This document shows, one piece after another, positions 9,590-18,545 of a DNA stretch of 44,935 nucleotides; positions within the stretch are counted from its first letter, which is position 1, and the number at the start of each line of letters is the position of its first letter. The notes below the pieces were generated by a model, which worked only from the letters and a program-made list of their open reading frames with translations, ran no database searches and was not told the DNA's origin. The position numbers were made by a program, and so were the translations under genes. This DNA comes from Bacteroidota bacterium. GTDB lineage: Bacteria > Bacteroidota > Rhodothermia > Rhodothermales > JBCCMF01. Location of the stretch: assembly GCA_039026435.1 (NCBI GenBank), contig JBCCMF010000002.1, positions 1-44,935 on the forward strand, read 5' to 3'.

Positions 9590-9768
9590 CGGCGCGCCCC
9601 AGGCGCACGGGAAGAAAGTGGCGTCAAGAAGAAGGCGGTTACGATTTTAGGCCTGCGCGGGCAACCCACTGCATGCCATGCGAGAATACCCGCATCCGGG
9701 GATTGATGGCGCCCGCAGGCAGGCCTTGATTACACGGCATCATCATCCGCCACTCGCCGCGCTGTTCC

Positions 9769-11925
9769 ATGATGCCTCGGCCCACCGATTTCCCACGCCT
9801 CGCAGTCATTATTCTTGCTGCGTGTGCCCTACCGCTGCATGCCCAAGAGCGGCCCACCGCATGGGCTATCCCCCCTACCTATACCCACGTCGGTTTCCTG
9901 GAAGACCACAACCTCTTTCAGACGGAAATTCGCCAGCGCGACGTTGTCTACGGCATGGGGCTCGTCACTCCATCTGGCACCGTCTTGGTGGATGCGCAGG
10001 ATGAACTCAGCATCGAAGCCGTCCATACCGAGGATGACTTTGTTCGCGTGCAAGAGCAAGGAGGCCGCTACATGCTCGTCCGGCGCGACGGCAGCCGTAT
10101 CGCCGCGCCCACACGGTTTGGCGGCATAGGATCGCTTGACATCAGCCCCTTCTCTGCTCAGCGCGCGCTCATCCGCCTGGGTACCTCACCGTGTTGCGGG
10201 TATGCATACGTGGACACGTTGGGCTACATCGCCATCCCCAAGCAACCCGAGCCCACCCACATCGACAGCATCGGACCGTCAAACTCGTTGCTGTTTGTCG
10301 ATCATGCCGAGCCCTTTTCTGAGTCGATTGCCTACGTGAACCACACCAGTGGCCCAGACAGCACCCATGTGAGTGTTGTGTACGCACAGGGCGGGAGGAT
10401 CGCAACTGCTCTGCCTCCTGGCATGATGGCGATGGGGCCCATGCAAGAGGGCCGGATGCCCGCTCGTATGGAGACTGCTGCAGGGCCAAGATGGGGATTT
10501 CTGCAAACACAAGAGGAGGCCACAGGGGCCCTTGTCGAGTTCGATGACGCCCTCAAGGACGTCAGAGACTACCTCAGAGGACTTGCTCGCGCACGTGGTG
10601 AAGAGCTGGAGCCCTGGCCTACGCACATCGGCGTGGCGGTACCGTTCGAGTACGACAGCGTGGAGCCGTTCAGCGGGGGCCTCGCTAAGGTGGAGCAGAA
10701 TGGCCGATACGGCCTCGTAGGGCGGAGAGGCACCGTGCTCTTCCCTGTCGCCTACGACGATATCGACGAGTTTAGCGAAGGCGTGGCGAGAGTCGAGCAA
10801 GAGGGCAAGTACGGCCTCATCAGCCTACGGGGTAACGTTGTCCTCCCCATCGAATACGATAACATCGGCGAGTTGAGCAAGGGGTCTGCCCGCGTCAAGC
10901 AAGGCGACGCTATTGGCTTTGTTGACCGCTCCGGCACGTTGACTGCCGACCTTGACCCTAAACTGTTCAAGTCCTCTCTCTTTGCTGATGAAAACTCGGG
11001 CAAGCTGTTTGCCACCTGCCTGGGGTTCAACCAATGTGGCGTCATCGACATCACCGGAGAAGTTGTCATTCCCCACCGGTACCACTTTGGGTTTAGCCGA
11101 TTCGTGCGCGGCGTCACTACGATGAAGTCCTACAGCCCAGACTTCAGCGAGCAGCCCTTCTCGGGCCTGATCACGGATGAAGGCGTAGAGCTCGTACCGC
11201 CTCAGTACATCTACGCAAATATCATTGCACAGCATGCCGACTATGTGGCTTTCATGTTTGACCCCGGCGATGCCTACTACAACGTGTATAACCTCACAGA
11301 AGCGCTCCTTGTCATCCTTACTGACGATGCTACACTGTCGATTCCGTATACACCCTTTGGCGATGGGTACTCCCGGGAGCTCCATGAGGACAACGGGCGG
11401 TTCTTCGTGGAGGTCTACAGCACCGACGGCGAGGAGTGGTGGCTGTACGATGAAGAGGGTAACGGCCTGGTCAGACAGCAAAAGGGACGTCTGCTTGAAC
11501 TCGTAGATGGCCTTATCAAGGTGGAAGACGGCAACGATCGACTCGGCTTTATGAACGTTGAAGGGCAGTGGGTTGTAAAGCCCCAATACGAGGAGGCTAC
11601 GTCGTTCTATGACGGCTACGCGCTGCTGACCCGCGAGCGGCGACGGCGCGTGGAGACCTACATCGTCGATACCCAGGGCAACCTCGAAAAGACGCCGTGG
11701 CGCGTGTGGGAAACCGCTGACTTAGGCGGATACTACGTGGGGCGGCATGAGGAGGACGGGCGTTTCGCACTGATCACCCATGACGGCAGACCAGTAATGG
11801 CACTGCCTGGCGATGTGAACCCCTCTGACACCAGAGCGGCTGGGCGTGGCTTGTTCTGGGTCCGCGATAGCGTACAGGTTGGCGATAGCCGAGAGGAGCG
11901 CTACGGCCTCATCCGCGTCCCCTAA
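9769..11925 (+). CDS. Secreted WG-repeat protein
   Basis: Signal peptide ending LHA-Q. Repeats of F-S-E-G-x-A-x-V...G-K-Y-G-L/F-I-D...G...P-x-x-Y-D, including three tandem units at 102-bp period (TAC at 10651, 10753, 10855). Confidence 0.85.
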   Translation: MMPRPTDFPRLAVIILAACALPLHAQERPTAWAIPPTYTHVGFLEDHNLFQTEIRQRDVVYGMGLVTPSGTVLVDAQDELSIEAVHTEDDFVRVQEQGGRYMLVRRDGSRIAAPTRFGGIGSLDISPFSAQRALIRLGTSPCCGYAYVDTLGYIAIPKQPEPTHIDSIGPSNSLLFVDHAEPFSESIAYVNHTSGPDSTHVSVVYAQGGRIATALPPGMMAMGPMQEGRMPARMETAAGPRWGFLQTQEEATGALVEFDDALKDVRDYLRGLARARGEELEPWPTHIGVAVPFEYDSVEPFSGGLAKVEQNGRYGLVGRRGTVLFPVAYDDIDEFSEGVARVEQEGKYGLISLRGNVVLPIEYDNIGELSKGSARVKQGDAIGFVDRSGTLTADLDPKLFKSSLFADENSGKLFATCLGFNQCGVIDITGEVVIPHRYHFGFSRFVRGVTTMKSYSPDFSEQPFSGLITDEGVELVPPQYIYANIIAQHADYVAFMFDPGDAYYNVYNLTEALLVILTDDATLSIPYTPFGDGYSRELHEDNGRFFVEVYSTDGEEWWLYDEEGNGLVRQQKGRLLELVDGLIKVEDGNDRLGFMNVEGQWVVKPQYEEATSFYDGYALLTRERRRRVETYIVDTQGNLEKTPWRVWETADLGGYYVGRHEEDGRFALITHDGRPVMALPGDVNPSDTRAAGRGLFWVRDSVQVGDSREERYGLIRVP

Positions 11926-12267
11926 CTCTTCCCTATGCAGGCAGCGTCAACAGCTGCGCTGAGGCGTCCGAAAAAGCTAGGCCTTGGCTTCATCTATCTG
12001 GCACGAGGGTGTTGATCCGTGGTCGTAGAGACGCTGGGCGAGGTGCGTTTGGGCCTGATTTCTTGCCCGCTGTGCCGTAGCTTCTGGGTGGCGCCACCCC
12101 GCCGTATTGCCTTGGCATAGCTGCGGAAAGGGTCTGTGTAGCGTGGTCGCTGTAAGCGAAGACCGCTAGTGCAATTTGTAAGCGCTCCTGCCCTGGCGGA
12201 ATGGCCACACGGCCTTCGGAGAAGCTGCCTAACTACCATACGCTTTTGTTAACCTAACCTCGCTCTT

Positions 12268-12888
12268 ATGCGCTCCTTCGCTTGGATCCTCCTCGCTCTC
12301 CTCGTGGGCTGCTCACCGGCCGAATCGTCCGTCTCTCCAGAACCCCAGGCCAAGCCGATTGCGGATTGCGCAGCTGGCGTCTTCGAGTTGTTGGATAACG
12401 CCGTGGTGTTCGAGGCCGAAAGCCGCACGCTCTCCGACGGCTGGGCGCTGGAGTCAGACGTGCCCGGCTACTCGGGCGACGGCTATATCACCTGGGATCG
12501 GCCTACGACGACCGAGGCCAACAACCAGGGGCTGCTGACGTACCGCTTCCGCGTCCAGAACCCAGGCACCTACACGGTGAAGCTGCGCAACTACCACCCG
12601 TGCGAGGACTTCACGGAGTGCAATGACATCTTCCTCCGCGTGAACAACACGGGGTGGCGCAAGAACTTCAACCACACGCTGCGCGCCTGGGACTGGAACT
12701 CGCAGCAAGACATCGACCACGTCTTTTCCGACGCGCAGTACGCCCTGGAGCCCGGCATCCACCTCCTCTCCCTCAGTGGACGCTCAGAGGATTTCAGCAT
12801 CGATCAGATTGCCATTTTCCGCACGGATGTGCCCGAAGCCCAGTATCAAGGCGCAGCTCCGTCGCTGTGTGTGGCGATGTCGGAGTAG
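12268..12888 (+). CDS. Putative lipoprotein with a carbohydrate-binding-like jelly-roll domain
   Basis: Lipobox LVGC at residue 15. FEAE...GYSGDGY...LTYRF...GTYTV...GIHLLSL...IDQI pattern of CBM6/35-like beta-sandwiches. Confidence 0.65.
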   Translation: MRSFAWILLALLVGCSPAESSVSPEPQAKPIADCAAGVFELLDNAVVFEAESRTLSDGWALESDVPGYSGDGYITWDRPTTTEANNQGLLTYRFRVQNPGTYTVKLRNYHPCEDFTECNDIFLRVNNTGWRKNFNHTLRAWDWNSQQDIDHVFSDAQYALEPGIHLLSLSGRSEDFSIDQIAIFRTDVPEAQYQGAAPSLCVAMSE

Positions 12889-12891
12889 TTC

Positions 12892-13013
12892 ATACCAGCT
12901 CTGGCAATTAATAGTGCAGCACACCGTCTAATCTTGTCATCCCTCGGCTACAGTCTTCGACTTTCGCTCGGGATGACAACCTTGATCGCATAATCATCTC
13001 TCAGAGCTGGTAT
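12892..13013. mobile_element. Nested MITE-like element, copy 2: outer 12-bp IR enclosing a shortened TGTC palindrome
   Basis: Perfect IR ATACCAGCTCTG (12892-12903) / CAGAGCTGGTAT (13002-13013). Inner TTGTCATCCC...GGGATGACAA at 12934-12979. Confidence 0.7.
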
Positions 13014-13104
13014 CAGGGGAGATCACAGATTCCGGCCGAAGATCTATGTTTTGGTGCGCGCTGACGGTATATCTTTCGGGCAACTGGCATTGTCTTTCAA
13101 CAGC

Positions 13105-14439
13105 ATGAGCACACCGAAGAAGCGGTCATCGGCTTTCAACAAGAAGCTGTGGTCTATCCATAGCTGGGTGGGGCTGTACGCGGGCGTTGTGATCGCTGTG
13201 CTGAGCGTCACGGGTGTACTGGCACTCTACAAGGTGGAGGTGGACCGCACGCTGAACGCCAGCCTGTTCGAGACAGCTCCAGGCCCACAGCCCGTGCCCA
13301 TCTCGGCCGTCGTTGACAGCTTGCGGAGCGTTCACGGCGCCGAATACCACACGCAAACCTATCCGCCCAAACAGGCCGCCGACACATGGAAGGCCACCTT
13401 CATCATACCGAGCGGGCTAGCGTTCGAGCAGTTGGAGGTCTTTATCGATCCGTATTCTGGCCACGTGCTGGGCGAACGCGACTACACGCGCTCCTTTGCC
13501 TACTTCCTCCGCACCATCCATGTGCGGCTCTACGAGAGCCTCTTCGGCCGCCAGATTGTGGGGCTGGCGGGTATCGCGCTGCTGCTCTCTACCATCACTG
13601 GGTTCTGGATCTACGGGCGGTTCATGAAGAACCAGCTGCTGGCGGCCATCCGCACCAAGAACCTGCGCATCAAGATGGCGGACTACCACAAGCTGATCGG
13701 GGTAGCCACGCTGGTGTTCAACCTGATGATCGCCATCACGGGCGCCTGGCTGGGCTTGCAGCGGTTTGTGCAGCCTGTGGTCGTGGGGGACCGCCCGGGG
13801 GGCTTTGAGGTCGCTGAGAAACCCCTCACCGAGGCGGAGGACTTGGCGTTCGCGGTAGATTACGGCCGTGTCGTTCAGACCAGTGCGCTGCTGTTTCCCG
13901 AGTTCGTGCCGCACTTCATTCAATCCTCGCGCGACGGCAGCCGCACCCTGCGCATCATGGGCGATGTGCCGGGCGCCGCCTACGAGCGCCACACCTTCTC
14001 GCTCACGCTCGACAAGCACGACCTCTCGGAGCTGCACCGCTACGACATCCGCGAGGCCCCCGTCGGCGAGAAGCTGTTCTACCTGCAGGAGTCGATGCAC
14101 TTTGGCGACTTCGGCGGCATCGCGCTCAAGCTGCTGTATTCGTTCTTCGGCATCACGTCGGGCTTCTTGTCGCTCTCGGGCTTCGTGGTGTACCTGAAGC
14201 GCACCGAGCGCAAGCGGAGCAACCATCCGACGTTCGTGGAGCTAAAGCCGCTGCTGCTCCGATGGACGTACGGCATCCTGGGTGTGTGCGCCGTGCTTGC
14301 CGTGTTGCAGCTCAACTTCGGCCCGGTGATTCCCGCCATCCTGGTGATCATCGCTGTCTACGGGACGCTCCTGGTCCTGCTCATCCGCGCCCTCGTCTTA
14401 TTCGTGCGCTCGCGGTTTGCCAAGGTGGCGGTAAGCTGA
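13105..14439 (+). CDS. PepSY-associated TM helix protein (FoxB-like membrane reductase family)
   Basis: Conserved His motifs IHSWVGL, TIHVRL, YHKLIG and SMHFGDFGG; FIDPYSGHVLG PepSY motif; multiple TM helices. Confidence 0.85.
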   Translation: MSTPKKRSSAFNKKLWSIHSWVGLYAGVVIAVLSVTGVLALYKVEVDRTLNASLFETAPGPQPVPISAVVDSLRSVHGAEYHTQTYPPKQAADTWKATFIIPSGLAFEQLEVFIDPYSGHVLGERDYTRSFAYFLRTIHVRLYESLFGRQIVGLAGIALLLSTITGFWIYGRFMKNQLLAAIRTKNLRIKMADYHKLIGVATLVFNLMIAITGAWLGLQRFVQPVVVGDRPGGFEVAEKPLTEAEDLAFAVDYGRVVQTSALLFPEFVPHFIQSSRDGSRTLRIMGDVPGAAYERHTFSLTLDKHDLSELHRYDIREAPVGEKLFYLQESMHFGDFGGIALKLLYSFFGITSGFLSLSGFVVYLKRTERKRSNHPTFVELKPLLLRWTYGILGVCAVLAVLQLNFGPVIPAILVIIAVYGTLLVLLIRALVLFVRSRFAKVAVS

Positions 14440-14440
14440 C

Positions 14441-14710
14441 ATGCCAAACGTCAACAGCACCAACGAGCACATCCTGGCGCCCGTGCTCCTGTTCATCTTG
14501 AACGTGACGGTCGTCGTGGTCTTCTACTTGGGCTACGAGCTAATCCGCCTGTGGGACATCGAGGATGAGCGCATGCGCTTAGCCGCGTTGCTGACCGTGT
14601 TCACCATCACGCTTCTGGCCGCTACCGTGTCGCTGAAATTCAGGCAGCGCGGGCTCCTCATCGCCGCTATCATATTGAACGTGGGCGCACTCACTTACTT
14701 TTTCGCGTAG
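14441..14710 (+). CDS. Small three-TM membrane protein, unknown function
   Basis: ATG 1 nt after the upstream stop; three hydrophobic segments; 89 aa. Confidence 0.7.
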   Translation: MPNVNSTNEHILAPVLLFILNVTVVVVFYLGYELIRLWDIEDERMRLAALLTVFTITLLAATVSLKFRQRGLLIAAIILNVGALTYFFA

Positions 14711-14721
14711 CCCGTTCGGGC

Positions 14722-15447
14722 TCACCGCGCATACGCCAGCGTCAGCAGATCTACGCGACGAGCGCCGTGGCTGTGGAGCACGGAGGCTGCCGCCGCGGTG
14801 GTCGCGCCCGTGGTAAACACGTCGTCGATGAGCAGGAAGGTCCCGTTGGCTACTGGCCTCTCACGTTTCAGCATGAACGCCTCCGCTACGTTGGCCCAGC
14901 GTGCACTGCGGTCGAGCTTGGTCTGGGTGCGCGTGGCATGCGGGCGCACGAGCACATCAGCGATGGGCACCTCTAGGGCAGTCGCGACGCCTTGGGCCAG
15001 CATGGCCGCTTGATTGTAGCCGCGCTCCAGATAGCGGCTGCGGTGTAGTGGCACAGGAACGATACCCGTGTAGCATGCCTCGGGCTGGAGATCGGAGACG
15101 GCTTCGGTCATCCACTCGCCCAGTATGTGGCCGTAGTGCGGTCGGTTGCCGTACTTGAGCGTGTGCTGCACCCGCTGGAGGGCGCCGCCCTTGTCAAACA
15201 CCCACAACGCCGTAGCCGCATGAACGGTGCCTGGAGCCAACGGTAACTCGGCCAGGTGCGCCCCGAGCGCCGTGGGATCGGCGCGTTCGAGCAGGCGCAA
15301 GCACGCCGGGCAGAGCGGATGGCGACCATCGGCCACGCGGGCATGGCAGTGCAAGCACACGGGCGGGTACACCAAGTCCAGCAGCGCGCCGCCCAGCTTC
15401 TTGCCGAGGGCGCCCGCTTGCTTTAACCCTTTGTGTGGCTTGAACAT
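14722..15447 (-). CDS. ComF family protein (zinc ribbon plus phosphoribosyltransferase domain)
   Basis: CxxC...CxxC, VPVPLH, RGYNQA and LLIDDVFTTGAT PRT motifs. Confidence 0.92.
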   Translation of the reverse strand: MFKPHKGLKQAGALGKKLGGALLDLVYPPVCLHCHARVADGRHPLCPACLRLLERADPTALGAHLAELPLAPGTVHAATALWVFDKGGALQRVQHTLKYGNRPHYGHILGEWMTEAVSDLQPEACYTGIVPVPLHRSRYLERGYNQAAMLAQGVATALEVPIADVLVRPHATRTQTKLDRSARWANVAEAFMLKRERPVANGTFLLIDDVFTTGATTAAAASVLHSHGARRVDLLTLAYAR

Positions 15448-15589
15448 CGTGAATCTTGTGGCAATCGAGGACTGGGCTCGGGTTCCCGCTGGATAAACGC
15501 GTACCTTTGACGGCCCCAGTCAGCCAAAATCGGCTTTTTCTTTTGTGCGGCACCACCGCTGCACCCACCAATGTACGCTTCTTCCTCTC

Positions 15590-15838
15590 ATGGCGACACG
15601 CAAACGCAAAGGCATGCTCATCAAAAACACGAACACGCGGCCGTTCACGATCGACATGGCCTCGCGGACGATCGTGCTGGAGCCCGGGAGCGTGGAGATG
15701 CTGACCGCCGAGGAGGTGAAGGATACGCGCCTGCGGGAGTTCTTGCAGGTGCGCGCCGTGAGCATCGTGCGCCCCACTACGGATGAGGAAGAGGCGGCGT
15801 TGCAGGCACGGCTCGCGGGCGAAGCCTCGGACGCCTGA
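15590..15838 (+). CDS. Small hypothetical protein (82 aa), coupled to the glycosyltransferase
   Basis: ATG after a pyrimidine-rich leader, high-GC3 codon pattern, TGATG overlap with the next gene. Confidence 0.75.
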   Translation: MATRKRKGMLIKNTNTRPFTIDMASRTIVLEPGSVEMLTAEEVKDTRLREFLQVRAVSIVRPTTDEEEAALQARLAGEASDA

Positions 15839-16995
15839 TGAACGTCCTGGCGCTGGAGCCGTGGTACGGCGGCTCGCACAAGACCTTCCTGAAAGGCCTC
15901 ATCGCCAACAGCGCGCACACGTACCACAGCATCACGATGGCGGCCCGCTTCTGGAAGTGGCGGATGCACGGCGGCGCCGTCACCTTGGCGCGCAAGGCCG
16001 CGCAGGCCGTCGAGCACGGCTTCGCACCCGACCTCATCTTCGCCAGCAGCATGGTCAACGTTCCGGCGTTCCTGGCCCTGACGCGGTCGGCGCTGCCGGA
16101 TGTACCTGTGGTGGTCTTCTTCCACGAGAACCAGCTGACCTATCCGCTGCCCGAGGGCAAGCCGCGCGACTACACATACGCGTACATCAACTACCTCTCG
16201 TGCCTCGCCGCCGACCGCATCGTCTTCAACTCGCAGTTTCACTTCGACGAGTTCATGGAGGCGCTGCCCATCCTGCTGCGCACCTTCCCCGACTACACCC
16301 ACCTCAACACGGTGCAGGAGATCCGCGCCAAGAGCAGCGTGCTGCACCTGGGCATGGACCTGCAGAGCCACGACGCCTTCGCTGCCGACTATACGCCGCA
16401 TCGCTGGGGGCCGGGCATGGAGCCACCCATCGTGCTGTGGAACCAGCGCTGGGAGTACGACAAGAACCCCGAGGCGTTTTTCCGGCTGATGAACCGCCTA
16501 GACGACATCGGCTGCACCTTCCGGCTGATCTTGGCGGGGGAGCGTTTCGAGGAGCAACCGCCCGAGTTTGAGCGCGCCTTCAAGCGCTACGCCGAGCGCA
16601 TCCTGCACTATGGCTACGCCGAGAACTTCGAGGAGTACAGCCGCCTGCTCCACCGCGCCGACCTCGTCGTCTCCACCTCCATCCACGAGTTCTTCGGCAT
16701 CGCCGTGATGGAGGCGATCTACTGCGGCTGCCACCCGCTGCTGCCCAACCGCCTCAGCTACCCCGAGCTCATCCCTGAGACGCTGCACCACCCGCTCTTG
16801 CATGCGCCCATCCTGTACGATGACGACGACGAGCTCTTCCGCGTGATGGTGCGCATCCTCAAGGGCGAAGAGCGTCCGCTGCCCGTGTCCACGCTCAAAG
16901 ACATCCCCGAGCGGCTCGACTGGCGCACGCACGGAGCGGACTACGACAGCCTCTTCAGCGACGTTGCCGCACGCCGCACAGCTGTGACGCTGTAG
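15838..16995 (+). CDS. DUF3524 + GT4 glycosyltransferase, GTDC1/QTMAN-like
   Basis: LEPWYGGSH...WKWRM, FHENQLTYP, FNSxF, WNQRWEYDKNPE, HEFFGIAVMEA and PNRLSYPEL motifs. Confidence 0.88.
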   Translation: MNVLALEPWYGGSHKTFLKGLIANSAHTYHSITMAARFWKWRMHGGAVTLARKAAQAVEHGFAPDLIFASSMVNVPAFLALTRSALPDVPVVVFFHENQLTYPLPEGKPRDYTYAYINYLSCLAADRIVFNSQFHFDEFMEALPILLRTFPDYTHLNTVQEIRAKSSVLHLGMDLQSHDAFAADYTPHRWGPGMEPPIVLWNQRWEYDKNPEAFFRLMNRLDDIGCTFRLILAGERFEEQPPEFERAFKRYAERILHYGYAENFEEYSRLLHRADLVVSTSIHEFFGIAVMEAIYCGCHPLLPNRLSYPELIPETLHHPLLHAPILYDDDDELFRVMVRILKGEERPLPVSTLKDIPERLDWRTHGADYDSLFSDVAARRTAVTL

Positions 16996-17017
16996 GCGCG
17001 GCGTCCTGCCCCTATCG

Positions 17018-17512
17018 TCAGATGCCGACTATCGCGCTGCGGCGTTCCATCAGCACGGAGTCGCGCCAGACGCCATCGCGCTGCGACACGCGCTCGCGGA
17101 GGCCCACCTCGCGGAAGCCACACCGGGCGTGCAGGCGTCGGCTGACGGTGTTCTCGGCGAGGATCAGCGCCTGCAACGTCCAGACGCCGTTCGCCTCGGA
17201 GGCCTCGATCAGGCCCTCCAGCAGCGCCTGCCCGATGCCACGCCCGCTCGCCTGGGCCGCCACGTAGACACTGAGGTCGGCCACGCCGCGATAGATGACG
17301 CGGGTAGACGATGGCATGATGCCCACCCAGCCGAGCACCCTGCCGCCCTCGTCCCATACCAGCCGCGAGTGCTTGAGGTACTTCCTATCCCACGTGGGCC
17401 AATCGGGCACGACGGTGTCGAACGTGGCGTTTCCCGTGGCCATGCCTTCGGCGTAGATGGCGAAGACCGCCTCGGCATCGGCATGCGTGAGCGGGCGCAG
17501 GTTGGCGTGCAT
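17018..17512 (-). CDS. GNAT N-acetyltransferase (Pat/YncA-like)
   Basis: GNATF, SVYV...GRGIGQALL, N..S..LH...GF..VG and GVWRD motifs. Confidence 0.9.
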   Translation of the reverse strand: MHANLRPLTHADAEAVFAIYAEGMATGNATFDTVVPDWPTWDRKYLKHSRLVWDEGGRVLGWVGIMPSSTRVIYRGVADLSVYVAAQASGRGIGQALLEGLIEASEANGVWTLQALILAENTVSRRLHARCGFREVGLRERVSQRDGVWRDSVLMERRSAIVGI

Positions 17513-17593
17513 GTGTGCAGTGAGCAAGCTTGGCAAATCGCTCCAAGTTCGGATGCGTTTGCGTTTGCTTCAAGCCCGAAAGCCGTTTTGTGC

Positions 17594-18439
17594 TCACTCG
17601 GCGAGACGATAGGCTCGGAGGGTGTTGTGTTGCATCGTGGGTACGAGCAGCAAGCGCCTGGCAGGTACATAGTCGATGTCGGCAGCGCGGGCGCCTTCGG
17701 CTGTCGTGTCGAGCAGAAGCTGCTTGGTGCCATCGGCCTGGACATGGTACACCAGCCCATTGAAGCCCGAGGCGAGGTACGTGCCATCGCCGACGGCCTC
17801 CAACCCATCGGGTCCAGCGATGCCCGTGCCCATCGGCGCAAGGTCGAGCGTTTCCAGCGACAGGCGATCCACCGTCTGCGGCGTCCAGCGGGTGATGAGC
17901 AGGTCATCGCCTTGAGGGAGCAAGCCGTTCGGCGTGTCGATGTCGGTCACAAGCGCAGTCATCTGCCCATCGCGCATGCGGTAGATGGCGTTGCCGCCTG
18001 TGTCACTGGCGTACACGATGCCGTCGGCATCGACCGCGATGTCGTTGAGCGCCACCGCCCCTTCAACAGCGTGGCGGGCTTCCACGGTGCCTGCCGCAAT
18101 GTCCACCACGACGATGGCGTCGATGTCGGTCACGTAGAGGCGGCCGTCGTGGATGGCTGTGCCCGTGGGTGCGTTTAGCCCGGCAATCCAGTCCCGCACC
18201 ACAATCTCGCCTTCCATCGACACCTTGCTGATGCTTCCCACACCGTCTTTGTCCATGAAGTGTCCTTCGATATTTGTCGTGTAGATGAACCCACTCTCCG
18301 CGTCGTAGATGGCCGACTCGATGGTAGTGAGCAGCGAGTCTGTCTCCCACAGCAGCGTGAGCGGAGACGACGACTGGGCTGATCCGTTTGTGGGCATCAG
18401 TAGACATCCGAGGAGCAGAGTCAAACCAAGGGGACGCAT
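17594..18439 (-). CDS. Secreted SMP-30/gluconolactonase-like beta-propeller protein
   Basis: Signal peptide; ESAIYD, GLNAPTG, LNDIAVDADG, PNGL, GPDGL and AADI propeller blade motifs. Confidence 0.85.
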   Translation of the reverse strand: MRPLGLTLLLGCLLMPTNGSAQSSSPLTLLWETDSLLTTIESAIYDAESGFIYTTNIEGHFMDKDGVGSISKVSMEGEIVVRDWIAGLNAPTGTAIHDGRLYVTDIDAIVVVDIAAGTVEARHAVEGAVALNDIAVDADGIVYASDTGGNAIYRMRDGQMTALVTDIDTPNGLLPQGDDLLITRWTPQTVDRLSLETLDLAPMGTGIAGPDGLEAVGDGTYLASGFNGLVYHVQADGTKQLLLDTTAEGARAADIDYVPARRLLLVPTMQHNTLRAYRLAE

Positions 18440-18502
18440 GGCACAGCGAAGCACGTAAGACAAACAACGCGGCTTAGATAGCACACTGGGCAGCACTCGC
18501 GC

Positions 18503-18545
18503 GTCCGCAGCTAGAAAACCGGAGTGCGCAATTATAACTCGGGAG
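18503..18545 (-). promoter_or_regulatory. Putative AraC-family tandem operator (21-bp period)
   Basis: Minus strand CTCCCGAGTTATAATTGCGCAC then CTCCGGTTTTCTAGCTGCGGAC (15/22 identical), overlapping the AraC stop and upstream of the propeller gene. Confidence 0.55.

Noticed and set aside
11926-12267. Short minus-strand ORFs (72 and 81 aa) in the spacer after the WG-repeat gene
   Set aside because: No coding-like codon bias or recognisable motif, and no clear RNA structure.
15471-15545. preQ1-I riboswitch-like pattern (CTGGG...CCCAG then CAAAA) upstream of the QTMAN-like operon
   Set aside because: The loop is 38 nt, far longer than in preQ1-I, and it contains a likely -10 (TACCTTTG, 15502-15509), so the 5' strand is probably not transcribed. 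An Infernal search would settle it.
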